Source of the DNA: Flavobacteriaceae bacterium
GTDB lineage: Bacteria > Bacteroidota > Bacteroidia > Flavobacteriales > Flavobacteriaceae
Length of the DNA stretch: 64,000 bases
Direction of reading: 5' to 3'
NCBI GenBank assembly: GCA_014239275.1
Contig: JAAZZF010000100.1
Coordinates: 733-64,732 of the forward strand
Of the stretch, positions 41,074-52,330 are shown in pieces; position 1 is the stretch's first letter, and every line of letters begins with the position of its first letter. The position numbers and the translations under genes are program-made. The notes beneath the pieces were generated by a model. That model was not told where the DNA came from. It searched no databases and saw nothing but the letters and a program-made list of their open reading frames with translations.

Positions 41074-42414
41074 TTAAATTAGTATTGCATTTTTAATTTT
41101 TTCTACTTCATTAGCAATATCTCCAGCCCCCATAATAACTATTACATCAGCATTAGAATTTATAATATGATTAACTAATTCTACTTTTTTAAGCAATTTT
41201 TTATTATTATTATTCATTCTATTTAATAATTCCTTTGAATTAACACCTTTAATAGGCTCTTCTCTTGCTGGATATATATCCAATAATACAATCTCATGAA
41301 ACATTGAAAGAGTTTTTGCAAATTCATCCATAAAATCTCGTGTTCTTGAAAAAAGATGAGGTTGAAAAATAGCCATGATTATTTTTTCAGGATATAATGA
41401 AAAAACAGAATCTTGAATAGCTTGAATTTCTTTTGGGTGATGAGCATAATCATCAATTAATATTTTAGGAGACTTTAGAACATAACTAAATCTTCTTTTT
41501 ACTCCTTTAAAAGTTCCCAAAGATTTTTTTAAATCTGCATCATTAATTTTTAAATTTTTACAAATTGCAAAAGCAGCCAAAGCATTAGAGGCATTATGTT
41601 TTCCGGGCATCTCAAATCTTATGTTTTTACATTTTCCATTCTTATATAAAATGTCAAAAAAAGAAGAATCATTAATAGTTTTATAGTTTGCAATTGAATA
41701 CTCTGCATTTGAGTTAAATCCATAACTAATACCATCAATTCCTAAATCAAAATTTTTAAAAAGCAGACCATTTTTTTCTAAATTACAAGCAAATTCATTA
41801 AACGAATCTTGTAAATCTTTAATTGAATTATAGATGTCTAAATGATCTGGATCGATAGATGTTATACATGCTATATTCGGTTTTAATTTTAAAAAAGATC
41901 TATCAAATTCATCTGCTTCAACTAAAATTATATCCTGACCTTTTTCTATATAATTGCTATTGTAATTTTCAGAAATTCCTCCAATAAATGATGTAAAGCT
42001 TATATTGTTTTCATATAAAAGATGGGACAAAATAGTAGAAGTAGTAGTTTTCCCATGAGTGCCTGCAATTGCAATACAAAATTTATTTTTAGAAATAAGT
42101 CCCAGTGCTTCTGATCTTTTTAGAAGCTTATAGCTGTTATTAATAAAAAAGTCTAATTCAATATTATCTTTACTAATTGCAGGAGTGTATATTATTAAAG
42201 TATCTTGTTTATTACTAAATTCTAATGGAATTTTAGAAATTTTTAAATCATAATGAATAAGAGCTCCATGATTTTCAAGGTTGATAGTCAAATCTGTCTT
42301 AGTTTTATCATAACCTCCAACAGTTTTACCTTTATCTAAAAAATATAAAGCAATAGATGACATTCCAATACCACCTATGCCTATAAAATATATTTTAGTA
42401 TAGTTTTCTATCAT
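41074..42414 (-). CDS. murC: UDP-N-acetylmuramate--L-alanine ligase
   Basis: FIGIGGIGMS, AGTHGKTTT, DDYAHHP. Confidence 0.95.
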   Translation of the reverse strand: MIENYTKIYFIGIGGIGMSSIALYFLDKGKTVGGYDKTKTDLTINLENHGALIHYDLKISKIPLEFSNKQDTLIIYTPAISKDNIELDFFINNSYKLLKRSEALGLISKNKFCIAIAGTHGKTTTSTILSHLLYENNISFTSFIGGISENYNSNYIEKGQDIILVEADEFDRSFLKLKPNIACITSIDPDHLDIYNSIKDLQDSFNEFACNLEKNGLLFKNFDLGIDGISYGFNSNAEYSIANYKTINDSSFFDILYKNGKCKNIRFEMPGKHNASNALAAFAICKNLKINDADLKKSLGTFKGVKRRFSYVLKSPKILIDDYAHHPKEIQAIQDSVFSLYPEKIIMAIFQPHLFSRTRDFMDEFAKTLSMFHEIVLLDIYPAREEPIKGVNSKELLNRMNNNNKKLLKKVELVNHIINSNADVIVIMGAGDIANEVEKIKNAILI

Positions 42415-43501
42415 TGTTTAAAAAAAATTTTACTTGCTTTACTATATCTATAGTTGCATTAGGTTTTGCTAATAATTTTATTGATTTTGAAAGTTTAGTA
42501 CTAAAATCAGAGTCTTTCATTATTTTTGTAAATACATCAAAAAACTTTTCATTTAAATCCTTTTCCTTAACCATAACTGCAGCATTATTTTCAACAATTT
42601 TTAAAGCATTTTTAGTTTGGTGATCTTCAGCAAGATTGGGAGAAGGAATAAAAAGGACTGGTTTACCTACAATACATAATTCAGAAATTACACTAGCACC
42701 TGATCTAGATATAATAAAATCTGCTGAGCTATATGCATTATTCATATTATTAATAAAGGCAAATACTTTAACATGTTTAGAGTTATATTTTTTATACATA
42801 TCAAAATAAAGATTTCCGCATTGCCAAATAACCTTGAGTTTATTTCTTTGAAAAAAATCTATATTTTTAGAAATAAATTCATTTATTTTTCCAGCTCCTA
42901 AACTCCCTCCAAGAATCAACAATACTTTATTTGAATCATTAGTTTTAAATAAATCTTTAGATTCATTATTATAAATTTTTAAATCTTTAATTTCATTTCT
43001 TACAGGATTTCCAGTGTATAGGATTTTATTATTTGGAAAATATTTATTCATATTTTTGTATGCAACACAAATTAAATCAACAGATTTAGATAATATTTTA
43101 TTTGTAATTCCTGCGTATGAATTCTGTTCTTGGATTAATGTTGGTATATTTAATTTAGAAGCAATAAATAATAAGGGACCACTTGCAAAACCACCTGTTC
43201 CAATTACAAAATCTGGTTTATATCTTTTAATAATAAAATAAGATTTAATAAGGCTATGAAATATTTTAATTGGTATTAAAAAATTTGAAATATGTAATTT
43301 TCTTTTAATTCCACTAATCCACAAACCTTTAATCTTATAACCATATTCAGGAACTTTCTGCATTTCCATTCTATTACTAGAACCAACAAATAATATTTCA
43401 ATTGAAAGAAATGTTTTAGACAATTCATCCGCGATTGATAACGCTGGGTATATATGACCGCCTGTACCACCTCCAGAAATTAAAAATTTATAATTCTTCA
43501 C
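42395..43501 (-). CDS. murG: Undecaprenyldiphospho-muramoylpentapeptide beta-N-acetylglucosaminyltransferase
   Basis: ISGGGTGGHIYPALS, GGSLGA. 20-nt overlap with murC. Confidence 0.95.
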   Translation of the reverse strand: MKNYKFLISGGGTGGHIYPALSIADELSKTFLSIEILFVGSSNRMEMQKVPEYGYKIKGLWISGIKRKLHISNFLIPIKIFHSLIKSYFIIKRYKPDFVIGTGGFASGPLLFIASKLNIPTLIQEQNSYAGITNKILSKSVDLICVAYKNMNKYFPNNKILYTGNPVRNEIKDLKIYNNESKDLFKTNDSNKVLLILGGSLGAGKINEFISKNIDFFQRNKLKVIWQCGNLYFDMYKKYNSKHVKVFAFINNMNNAYSSADFIISRSGASVISELCIVGKPVLFIPSPNLAEDHQTKNALKIVENNAAVMVKEKDLNEKFFDVFTKIMKDSDFSTKLSKSIKLLAKPNATIDIVKQVKFFLNNDRKLY

Positions 43502-44663
43502 CTAAAATATTTAAAGGATTATTATTGTCAATTATGTCTTGATTATCTTTATTTACACTAACACTTAAAACTATTCCAAGGGCTAAAAATGTCATCCAAA
43601 TTGATGTTCCTCCAGTGCTAATTAATGGAAGAGGTTGACCAGTAACAGGAAAAAGTTGTACTGCTACTCCCATATTTATGTATGCCTGAAAAATAATTGG
43701 CAACCCAACTCCTAGAGCAAGTAATTGACCAAAAACAGTTTTTGATTTATAAGAAACTATTATGATTCTAAATAAAAGCCATGTATATAGTAATAAAATT
43801 CCTATTGCACCTATCGTTCCATATTCTTCAGTAATTATTGCATAAATAAAATCCGATGTGCTTTGTGGTAGCAAATTTTTCATCGTACTTTTTCCCGCTC
43901 CGACTCCAAAAACAGAACCATTAGCTATTGCTGATTTTGCTCTAACAATTTGATAATTTGATTCAGCTCCATCAGATCCTAAATAATTTTCAATTCGATT
44001 AGCCCAAGTATCCACTCTGTTTGGCATTAAGTCTGGGTAGCTTTTAGAAAACAGAATAAAAAATGATAATAAAAAAATACCCGAGAATACTATTCCAAAC
44101 AAATATTTTATTGGATATCTCCCAATAAATATTAAAGTTAGAATCATTAAAAAAATCATAGCTGCAGTTGAAAAATTTGAAGGTAATATCAATAAAATTA
44201 CTAATGAGATAGGTATCCAAAGTGGCAAAATTGAATCAGTAAATTTTATTTCTTTTTCATAATTTTTTGAAAGATAAAAAGCAGTATAAACCATTAATAT
44301 TACGATTGCCATCGATGAAGGTTGAAAAGATAATCCAACTACAGGTAATTTAATCCATCTGCTAGCATTTGCACCCTCAATAACATTTCCCTGTAATGCA
44401 GTAAATAATAGTAATAAAATTATTACCGGTAAAGCAATAATTGATAATCCCTTAAAATATCTATAAGGAATTAAATGAGTAGCATACATAATTAATATTC
44501 CTATAAAAACTATAGCAATATGCTTAATCATATTTGAAAAAATAAAATCATTTCCAAAATTAGAACTAGCACTGTAGACTGGTAAAAATGAAAAAATAGC
44601 TAACAATGAAACTATTGTCCAAATTATTTTATCGCCTTTTATTTTATCTAAAATTTTTATCAT
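43488..44663 (-). CDS. ftsW: SEDS-family peptidoglycan polymerase FtsW
   Basis: 391-aa polytopic protein. SDFIYAIITEEYG, PVTGQPLPLISTGGTS. Confidence 0.93.
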   Translation of the reverse strand: MIKILDKIKGDKIIWTIVSLLAIFSFLPVYSASSNFGNDFIFSNMIKHIAIVFIGILIMYATHLIPYRYFKGLSIIALPVIILLLLFTALQGNVIEGANASRWIKLPVVGLSFQPSSMAIVILMVYTAFYLSKNYEKEIKFTDSILPLWIPISLVILLILPSNFSTAAMIFLMILTLIFIGRYPIKYLFGIVFSGIFLLSFFILFSKSYPDLMPNRVDTWANRIENYLGSDGAESNYQIVRAKSAIANGSVFGVGAGKSTMKNLLPQSTSDFIYAIITEEYGTIGAIGILLLYTWLLFRIIIVSYKSKTVFGQLLALGVGLPIIFQAYINMGVAVQLFPVTGQPLPLISTGGTSIWMTFLALGIVLSVSVNKDNQDIIDNNNPLNILGEEL

Positions 44664-46003
44664 TAAAGCTTTCTTACATATTCTTTAAATTGATTTCCTC
44701 TATCCTCGTAATTTTCAAACAAATCAAAACTTGAACAAGCAGGAGAAAGTAATACTGTATCATTTGGTTTGGCAATTTTATATGCATAATTAACCGCTTC
44801 AATCATACTTGTAGTTTCTATTATTGAATCTGAAATAGAAGAAAAAGTGTCTATTATTTTTTTATTATCTAAACCTAAACAAATGATAGCTTTTACTTTT
44901 TCTCTTACTAATGGGAATAATTCTTCATAGTCATTTCCTTTATCTATCCCTCCAACAATCCATACAGTAGGACTATTCATTGAATCTAGAGCATAATAAA
45001 CAGCATTTACATTCGTTGCTTTAGAATCGTTAATATATTTCACTTTTTGAATTGTAAGAACATGCTCCATTCTATGATTAATAGACTGAAAGTTACTTAG
45101 GGACTCTTTTATATTTTCATCCGTAATGTTTAACAATTGGGCAACTGTAGCTGCTGCCATGCTGTTTTGTGTATTGTGTTTTCCTTTTAAGGATAAACTT
45201 TCTAATGATATCATAAATTTATTTTTATTTATTTCTGACTGAATATTATTATTATTTAAATATGTTTTATTGAGAAAATCTACTTTGGAAAAAGAGAATG
45301 GGATTTTTATTGAATCTATTTTTCTGTTCATTAACTCTTTTTTTATTATAGGGTCATCAGCATTGTAAATCAAATAATCTGAACTAGCTTGATTTAAAAC
45401 TATTTTAAATTTTGCATCTATATAGTTTTGAAAATTATAACTGTATCTCCCCAAATGGTCCTGGGAAATGTTTGTTATTACAGCAATTGTTGGTTTAAAT
45501 TTTGAAATACACTCTAATTGAAAACTGCTTAATTCTAACACGATGTAATCAAAATCATTTTTTGCAATTAAAAAAGCAAAACTAAATCCTATATTACCTG
45601 CAATACCAACATTAATTCCTGAAGATTTTAGAATATGGTATATTAAACTAGTAGTTGTAGTTTTTCCATTTGATCCAGTTACTCCAATAATTATTGATTT
45701 AGTAAACCTTGAAGCGAATTCAATTTCTGAAATTATTGGAATATTATTTTTATTGATATTATTTATTAAGTCTGAATCATTTGGAATTCCAGGACTTTTT
45801 ATTATTTCTGTAGCTTTTAAAACCTTCTCTATACTGTGTATTCCTTCTTCAAACTCTATATTATTATCAATCAATATTTTTTTATACTTAGATTGAATTA
45901 TATTTTTCTCAGATAAAAAAACATTAATCCCTCTTTGATAGGCCAAATAGGCAGCTCCAACCCCACTTTCGCCTCCACCTAATACTATCAAATTTTCCTT
46001 CAT
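44663..46003 (-). CDS. murD: UDP-N-acetylmuramoylalanine--D-glutamate ligase
   Basis: VLGGGESGVGAA, GVTGSNGKTTTTS. Confidence 0.95.
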   Translation of the reverse strand: MKENLIVLGGGESGVGAAYLAYQRGINVFLSEKNIIQSKYKKILIDNNIEFEEGIHSIEKVLKATEIIKSPGIPNDSDLINNINKNNIPIISEIEFASRFTKSIIIGVTGSNGKTTTTSLIYHILKSSGINVGIAGNIGFSFAFLIAKNDFDYIVLELSSFQLECISKFKPTIAVITNISQDHLGRYSYNFQNYIDAKFKIVLNQASSDYLIYNADDPIIKKELMNRKIDSIKIPFSFSKVDFLNKTYLNNNNIQSEINKNKFMISLESLSLKGKHNTQNSMAAATVAQLLNITDENIKESLSNFQSINHRMEHVLTIQKVKYINDSKATNVNAVYYALDSMNSPTVWIVGGIDKGNDYEELFPLVREKVKAIICLGLDNKKIIDTFSSISDSIIETTSMIEAVNYAYKIAKPNDTVLLSPACSSFDLFENYEDRGNQFKEYVRKL

Positions 46004-46005
46004 TT

Positions 46006-47205
46006 TTATCTTATTTTCAATGTTATTAATGAAAGAATCGCTAATAAAATTCCTATTATCCAGAATCTGACTGCTATTTTACTTTCATGATATCCTAATT
46101 TTTGGAAATGATGATGAATTGGAGACATCAAGAATAATCTTTTACCTTTTCCTAAATTATTTCTTGTATACTTATAATAACCTACTTGAATAATTACTGA
46201 AAGAGTTTCAAATAAGAAAATTCCACAAATTAATGGAAGCAATAATTCCTTTCGAACTATTATAGCAATTACAGCTATTATCCCACCAATAGTCAAACTA
46301 CCAGTATCTCCCATAAATATTTGAGCTGGGAAAGTATTATACCATAAAAAACCTATTAAACCACCAACAAAAGCTGATATAAATATTACAATCTCACTAA
46401 CTCTTGGAATATACATTACATTTAAATACTCAGAAAAAATTATATTTCCTGAAATCCATGCAAAAACACCCAATGTCAATGTAATTATTACTGAAGATCC
46501 TGCTGCTAGACCATCAATTCCATCTGTTAGATTTGCCCCATTTGAAACCGCACTTATAATTAATATCACAAAAAAGACAAAAACAATAAAACTATATTTA
46601 TTAGATTTTTCACCAATCCATGATATCAAATAAGAATAGTCTAATTCATTATCTTTTAAAAATGGAACTGTTGTTTTTGTTGACTTGTATTCAATTCTTT
46701 CCTGAAAATTATCATTTCCATAATGATCCTTAATTGTAACATCTGGGTGATGATATAATACTAGACCTACTATTAGTCCTAATGAAATTTGTCCTATTAA
46801 TTTAAATTTTCCTTTTAAGCCATCCTTGTTTTTTTTAAAAATTTTAATATAATCATCTGCAAATCCAATCAATCCTAACCATATAGTGGTAAATATTAAT
46901 ATTATAATATAAATATTTTTAAAATTTGACAATAAAATGACAGGAATAATAGTTGACATGATGATTATTAAACCACCCATAGTGGGTGTACCTGTTTTTT
47001 CTTTTTGTCCACTTAGTCCTAAATCTCTAACTGTTTCCCCAATTTGCTTTTTTCTAAGAAAATTTATTATATTCTTTCCATACTTTATTGAGAGCATCAA
47101 TGAAAAAATAAAAGCTAATGCAGATCTAAATGATATGTAATTAAATAAACTTGCCCCTGGCAATTGGTATTTTAATTCTAAATATTCAAATAAAAAATAT
47201 AACAT
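46006..47205 (-). CDS. mraY: Phospho-N-acetylmuramoyl-pentapeptide transferase
   Basis: [30 protein letters not shown]. Confidence 0.97.
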   Translation of the reverse strand: MLYFLFEYLELKYQLPGASLFNYISFRSALAFIFSLMLSIKYGKNIINFLRKKQIGETVRDLGLSGQKEKTGTPTMGGLIIIMSTIIPVILLSNFKNIYIIILIFTTIWLGLIGFADDYIKIFKKNKDGLKGKFKLIGQISLGLIVGLVLYHHPDVTIKDHYGNDNFQERIEYKSTKTTVPFLKDNELDYSYLISWIGEKSNKYSFIVFVFFVILIISAVSNGANLTDGIDGLAAGSSVIITLTLGVFAWISGNIIFSEYLNVMYIPRVSEIVIFISAFVGGLIGFLWYNTFPAQIFMGDTGSLTIGGIIAVIAIIVRKELLLPLICGIFLFETLSVIIQVGYYKYTRNNLGKGKRLFLMSPIHHHFQKLGYHESKIAVRFWIIGILLAILSLITLKIR

Positions 47206-47206
47206 A

Positions 47207-48667
47207 TCAATTTTTGTTTTTTAAAAATTTTTCTAATATTTTTTTGTCATCAAAATCAATTTTATTTTCTCCATTAATTTGATATTTTTCATGACCTTTT
47301 CCAGCAACTAAAATCACATCATTTCCAGAATTTATTTCACAAGCATACTTTATAGCTTTTTTTCTATCTATTATAGATGAAACCTTATAAAGATCTTTTT
47401 TGTCTACACCTGCCTGCATTTGTTCAATAATTAATTTAGGATCTTCAAATCTTGGATTATCTGATGTAAAAACAACTCTATCACTTAATGAGGCTGCAAT
47501 TTTACCCATTAATGGTCTTTTCTCAGTGTCTCTATCCCCGCCACAACCCAATACCGTAATTAATGAACTTTTATGTTTCAAATCATTTAGCGTTTGTAAA
47601 ATATTTTGAATGGAATCTGGGCTATGAGCATAATCAATTATTCCAATTTTATTACTTTTATTTTCTGTAATCTTTTCAAATCTACCTTCAACAGTTTGTA
47701 AAAGACTAATATTATTTAGAATTTCTTCTTCTATAAAATCAAAATTTTTAGCTAAAGAATAGGTGGCTAAAATATTATATGCATTAAAATTTCCTATTAA
47801 CCTAGTCCACACTTCTAAGCCATTTATTGAAATTTTCATTCCATTAAAATCTTTTTCAAAAATTTTCAGAGAATAATCAGCATTAGATTTAAGAGCATAT
47901 TTGTAAATTCTTGCTCTACAATTTTGAACCATATAATTGCCATTCTTATCATCAACATTTACAATAGCTAAAGAATTACTGTCAAGGGAATCGAAAAACT
48001 TTTTTTTAATATCTCTGTATTCATTAAATGTTTTGTGATAATCTAGATGATCATGAGAAAGGTTTGTAAAAACTCCTGCTTTAAAATTTAATCCGCTAAC
48101 CCTTTTTTGTTTAATTGCGTGTGAAGAAACTTCCATAAAACAAAACTCAACTTTAGATTCTATCATCTTGTTTAAAACCTTATTTAATGTCAAAGGATCT
48201 GGTGTTGTATGTTTTGATTCTATTTTCTTATTTCCTATAATAATCTTATTGGTTGAAATTAAACCAACTTTATAATTAAAGAGCTTAAATAATTGAAACA
48301 TTAAATTTGAAGTAGTCGTTTTTCCATTTGTGCCAGTTATACCAATAAGCTTTATTTTTTTCGATGGATTGTTATAATAATTAGAACATACTAAGGCTAA
48401 TGTTTCTCTTATATCTTTTACTTTTACATATGTAACTCCTTTTACAATTTCTTTTGGAATTTTTTGACATAAAACAACTTTAGCTCCTTTTTCAATAGCA
48501 CGTGGAATAAATTGATTTCCATCAATATTGTTTCCCCGTATTGCTACAAACAAATCATTATCTAATATTTCTCTTGAATCAAATTCAATCTTATTTATTT
48601 TGATATTAGTAGATCCTATAACAGAGTTAATATTTACTTTATATAATATGTCTTTTAAAAGCTTCAT
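47207..48667 (-). CDS. murE: UDP-N-acetylmuramoyl-L-alanyl-D-glutamate--2,6-diaminopimelate ligase
   Basis: [25 protein letters not shown]. Confidence 0.95.
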   Translation of the reverse strand: MKLLKDILYKVNINSVIGSTNIKINKIEFDSREILDNDLFVAIRGNNIDGNQFIPRAIEKGAKVVLCQKIPKEIVKGVTYVKVKDIRETLALVCSNYYNNPSKKIKLIGITGTNGKTTTSNLMFQLFKLFNYKVGLISTNKIIIGNKKIESKHTTPDPLTLNKVLNKMIESKVEFCFMEVSSHAIKQKRVSGLNFKAGVFTNLSHDHLDYHKTFNEYRDIKKKFFDSLDSNSLAIVNVDDKNGNYMVQNCRARIYKYALKSNADYSLKIFEKDFNGMKISINGLEVWTRLIGNFNAYNILATYSLAKNFDFIEEEILNNISLLQTVEGRFEKITENKSNKIGIIDYAHSPDSIQNILQTLNDLKHKSSLITVLGCGGDRDTEKRPLMGKIAASLSDRVVFTSDNPRFEDPKLIIEQMQAGVDKKDLYKVSSIIDRKKAIKYACEINSGNDVILVAGKGHEKYQINGENKIDFDDKKILEKFLKNKN

Positions 48668-50643
48668 GATAATTCTATAACTATCTTTTTATTAATTGAA
48701 TTTTTAACTATGGTAAATTTTTTAATAATTAAACCCTTTCCTTTATGTTCAACATTAAATCCTAAGTTTTCTAACATGGGTAAAACATCATGAAAATTTT
48801 TACCCTTTAAATTTTCTATTTTATTTCTTTTATTAGTAATTTTTAATTGAACTTTATTTGTTGTCTTTTTAATTAAATCTTCTTCAAGTATTTTAGATTT
48901 TAATTTAGGGGTAATAGAATATAATTTTTCAGCAATTCTCTTAAATACTGGTGCCGCCACTATATTCCCATAATACCCTTTACTTTTATTTGGCTTATGT
49001 ATTACTACTATGCATGAATACTTTGGGTTATCTGCAGGAAAATATCCTACAAAAGTTGATATATATTGAACATTATCTTTATTATAATCCACTTGACAAG
49101 TACCTGTTTTCCCTGCTATTTTAAATTCATCAGACTTGATATTATATGCCGTTCCGCCCTTTTCATTAACAACACTTTCCATCATTAACTTCACTTCCGA
49201 TAATGTTTCTTTAGAGCAGATAGAAGGGTTTAAAACAACTTTATTAACAACATTTTTTTTATTATTGCTATTTTTTTTATTTAAAAAAACTGGTTTTAAT
49301 AATTCTCCATCATTTGCAATCGCATTATAAAATGATAAAGTTTGTAGTGGAGTTAATGATACTCCATAGCCATATGCCATCCATGGAAGCGATAAGCCGC
49401 TCCAATTTTTATCTTTTGGATGTGGTATTATTGGTATACCTTCTCCTTTTATTGACAAATTGAGAGTATTGTTTAGTCCCATGTTATATAATCTATCAGA
49501 AAATTTTTCAGGATTTTTTGAATATCCTCTTGTAATTATATCAACGATTCCCGTATTAGAAGAAAATTTAAAAACCTCTTTAGCAGTTATCTTTCCATAA
49601 CCTCCTTTTTTAGTATCTCTAACTTTACTGCCATAAAATGAAAGTATACCATCTTTTGTGTCTATTATTGTAGAAGAGTCTACAATATTATCTTCCAATG
49701 CAGCTATCATTGCCATTAATTTAAAAGTAGATCCTGGTTCATGAGATTCACCAACAGCATAATTTAATTTTTCATAATATTTCCCCTCTGATGTCCTTCC
49801 TAAATTTGAAATTGCTTTAATTGCTCCGGTTTTAGTTTCCATAACCACAACAGAACCATGATCTGCTTCAAACTTTTCTAATTGCGCTAAAAGAGTATGG
49901 TGTGTAATATCTTGAAGACCAACATTAATAGTAGTCATTATATCTAAACCTGGTTTAGGTTCTCTTTGATTTGGATTAGCTAAAGGTTTCCATTTTCCAT
50001 TTGAAATTTTTTGCATTAGCTGTGATCCATTCTTTCCTCTTAATAAATCTCCATATGCATGCTCTAATCCAACTCCAACATAAATATTTTTTTCATTTAT
50101 TCTCTCATAGCCTACTGTTCTTTCAGCAATTTTATCTAATGGATATTCTCTGAAATTCTTTTTTTCTATAATTACACCCCCCTTTATTCCTCCCATTTTA
50201 AACAAAGGCATTTTTTTAATATGATTAAGTGTATTTATTGATATATTTCTAACAATTGGATGATACCTTTTATTTGATTTTTTTGCATCGATTAAAGATT
50301 GTTTAAAAAAACTTAAGGGTTTATTAAATCTTATTGATAAAGCTTCAGAAAGCGGATTAATATATTTATTAAAGTTTTTATTCGTAACAGTAACTGCATC
50401 AAAATACACATCATAATTAGTTGTTGAAGAAGCTAATAAACTTCCATCATCTGAATATATATTACCTCTCTTTGGAGTAATTATGAAGTTTTTAATTGTT
50501 TTTTCTTTTGCAATTGTCCTATACTTTTCTCCTTCTAAGAACTGAATATCAAATATTCTATATCCGATTCCTAAAGCTAAAACAACCAGAATACTAGCAA
50601 CAAAGTATAGCCTGTATAAAAATTGTTTTTGGTTAGTTAGCAT
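48664..50643 (-). CDS. ftsI: Class B penicillin-binding protein (FtsI/PBP3-type transpeptidase) with C-terminal PASTA-like domain
   Basis: N-terminal TM helix. Active site GSTFKLM, SSN, KTGT. C-terminal LENLGFNVEHKGKG. Confidence 0.9.
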   Translation of the reverse strand: MLTNQKQFLYRLYFVASILVVLALGIGYRIFDIQFLEGEKYRTIAKEKTIKNFIITPKRGNIYSDDGSLLASSTTNYDVYFDAVTVTNKNFNKYINPLSEALSIRFNKPLSFFKQSLIDAKKSNKRYHPIVRNISINTLNHIKKMPLFKMGGIKGGVIIEKKNFREYPLDKIAERTVGYERINEKNIYVGVGLEHAYGDLLRGKNGSQLMQKISNGKWKPLANPNQREPKPGLDIMTTINVGLQDITHHTLLAQLEKFEADHGSVVVMETKTGAIKAISNLGRTSEGKYYEKLNYAVGESHEPGSTFKLMAMIAALEDNIVDSSTIIDTKDGILSFYGSKVRDTKKGGYGKITAKEVFKFSSNTGIVDIITRGYSKNPEKFSDRLYNMGLNNTLNLSIKGEGIPIIPHPKDKNWSGLSLPWMAYGYGVSLTPLQTLSFYNAIANDGELLKPVFLNKKNSNNKKNVVNKVVLNPSICSKETLSEVKLMMESVVNEKGGTAYNIKSDEFKIAGKTGTCQVDYNKDNVQYISTFVGYFPADNPKYSCIVVIHKPNKSKGYYGNIVAAPVFKRIAEKLYSITPKLKSKILEEDLIKKTTNKVQLKITNKRNKIENLKGKNFHDVLPMLENLGFNVEHKGKGLIIKKFTIVKNSINKKIVIELS

Positions 50644-50948
50644 TAGTTTACAATTATTTTTTTAGGGGGTTTATTAAAACTTTTTATTCCTCTTTCTTTC
50701 ATTGCTGATGCAACATTTGACTCCATTTTCAATTTCATTACACTTTTTCTATTTTCTACAAACTCACTTTCTAAAACAGAAACATCATTTTTTAAATCTC
50801 CAATTAATATTATTTTTTTATCTATATAGTGAGAAGAAAAAATCATTATAATTGCCATAATGAAAAGAAAAGTTACCAGTTTCCAGTTTTTTAAAGAACC
50901 TTCTTCAATTAAAAAATTTCCTAATATTATTTTATTTATCTTATTCAT
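50643..50948 (-). CDS. ftsL: FtsL-like small bitopic cell-division protein
   Basis: 101 aa. One TM helix followed by a coiled-coil-like segment, in the canonical position between rsmH and ftsI. Confidence 0.6.
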   Translation of the reverse strand: MNKINKIILGNFLIEEGSLKNWKLVTFLFIMAIIMIFSSHYIDKKIILIGDLKNDVSVLESEFVENRKSVMKLKMESNVASAMKERGIKSFNKPPKKIIVN

Positions 50949-51838
50949 ATCCTAACTGCTGACCTTAACTTAGCACTTCTTGATCTACTATTATTTTTTA
51001 TTTCTTCTCTACTAGGCACTTTAAACTTAAATGACTTTTTAAATGGTAAATTGGTTTTTCCATAATCATCTTTTAATGGTTCTAATCCAAAACATCCATT
51101 TTTGATGAATCTTTTGACAAGCCTATCTTCTACAGAATGATAAGTAATAATCGAAACCTTTCCACCTGTCTTTAAAACATCTGGTAATTGAACTAACAAT
51201 TGTTTTAAAACTTCTATCTCATCATTAACCTCAATTCTCAATGCTTGGTAAATTTTTGCTAAAGTTTTATTTTCATAACCTTTTAATAAAACAGGATCTA
51301 ATAGATTATTTAACTGTTCTGTTGAACTAATTTTATTTTTATTTCTTTTATTAACAATTAATTTTGCTATTGATCTAGAATTTCTGAGGTCAGAATACTC
51401 ATAAAAAATTTTTGCTAATTCTGATTCAGAGTAATTGTTTAAAATTTCTGATGCTGTTAATTCTCCATTCTTATTCATTCTCATATCTAACTTTGATTGA
51501 TGTCTAATTGAAAACCCCCTTTCTGGTTTGTCAAATTGATAAGATGAAACCCCTAAATCTGCTAGTATACCATCGACCATTTGATATCCATGATAAAATA
51601 AATTTTGTTTTAAAAATTTAAAATTTTGATTAATTAACAAAAGTCTATCATCTAAAATTTCATTTTCAATTGCATCTAAGTCTTGATCAAAAGCTAATAA
51701 TCTTCCTTTATTACCTAAAGCATTTAAAATTGCTTTAGAATGTCCTCCGCCACCAAAAGTTAAATCAACATAAACTCCATCCTCCTTAATCCCGAGACTT
51801 GTAATAGATTCTTCTAACATTACAGGATTATGATACAT
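50945..51838 (-). CDS. rsmH: 16S rRNA (cytosine1402-N4)-methyltransferase
   Basis: HNPVML, DLTFGGGGHS, SYQFD, ITYHSVEDR. Confidence 0.95.
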   Translation of the reverse strand: MYHNPVMLEESITSLGIKEDGVYVDLTFGGGGHSKAILNALGNKGRLLAFDQDLDAIENEILDDRLLLINQNFKFLKQNLFYHGYQMVDGILADLGVSSYQFDKPERGFSIRHQSKLDMRMNKNGELTASEILNNYSESELAKIFYEYSDLRNSRSIAKLIVNKRNKNKISSTEQLNNLLDPVLLKGYENKTLAKIYQALRIEVNDEIEVLKQLLVQLPDVLKTGGKVSIITYHSVEDRLVKRFIKNGCFGLEPLKDDYGKTNLPFKKSFKFKVPSREEIKNNSRSRSAKLRSAVRI

Positions 51839-52292
51839 CTTCTTCTTTATTTCCCATTACTTTTTCAGATAAATCTGCAAAATCAATTTCAGGGTTATTA
51901 ATAATATTTTCATAAGAATCTTTATCCCAAATTTCTATAATGTTTATTGCTGTAGTTAATACAAGATCATTCTTGAAGAAATATGTCTTTAATAAATCTT
52001 TAGGTATTAAAATTCTCCCACTATTATCTAAATCCACAATTCTAACACCAGCTGTGAACATCCTTATAAAATCGTTATTTTTCTTAATAAACCTATTTAG
52101 TGTATTAATTTTATCCATTGTCAATTTCCATTCCGAATAAGGATGTAATTCTAAACAAGGTTGAAAAACAGATCTTTTTAAAATAAAACTTTCATTGATA
52201 TTAATACCTAGCTGCTTCTTTAAAGCAATAGGTAACATCAATCGACCTTTGACGTCAGCTTTACATTGATAAGTCCCAATTAAATTAACCAC
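51828..52292 (-). CDS. mraZ: Transcriptional regulator MraZ
   Basis: 154 aa. Duplicated SpoVT/AbrB-like DxxxR motifs DVKGRLMLP and DNSGRILIP. GTG start verified. Confidence 0.93.
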   Translation of the reverse strand: MVNLIGTYQCKADVKGRLMLPIALKKQLGININESFILKRSVFQPCLELHPYSEWKLTMDKINTLNRFIKKNNDFIRMFTAGVRIVDLDNSGRILIPKDLLKTYFFKNDLVLTTAINIIEIWDKDSYENIINNPEIDFADLSEKVMGNKEEDVS

Positions 52293-52314
52293 TTTAAATT
52301 TTTATGTGTAATCT

Positions 52315-52322
52315 CAAATATA
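52315..52322 (-). promoter_or_regulatory. -7 box (TATATTTG on the minus strand) for mraZ and the dcw cluster
   Basis: Plus strand caaatata. Exact TAnnTTTG, 22 nt upstream of the mraZ GTG and 8 nt downstream of the repeat array. Confidence 0.45.
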
Positions 52323-52330
52323 TTGAAATT

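Noticed and set aside
40728-41096. A 122-aa ORF antisense to ftsQ and the murC 3' end. Similar long antisense ORFs lie at 24053-24418 (121 aa, opposite the Omp85 gene), 16019-16321 (100 aa, opposite rsmG), 55272-55562 (opposite nadE), 63639-63926 (opposite rsgA), 25833-26105, 38212-38415, 38608-38856 and others.
   Set aside because: Each lies wholly inside a confidently identified gene on the other strand. For the ftsQ case, the one I checked, the ORF lies in the antisense frame where stops only arise opposite Tyr/His/Gln codons. The translations are low-complexity I/L/S/F-rich strings with no recognisable motif, promoter box or start context. These are classic shadow ORFs.
37227-52292. Absence of murF and ddl from the dcw cluster.
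   Set aside because: To my knowledge this is the usual Bacteroidetes arrangement (murF and ddl encoded elsewhere). It is not a deletion or a novelty.
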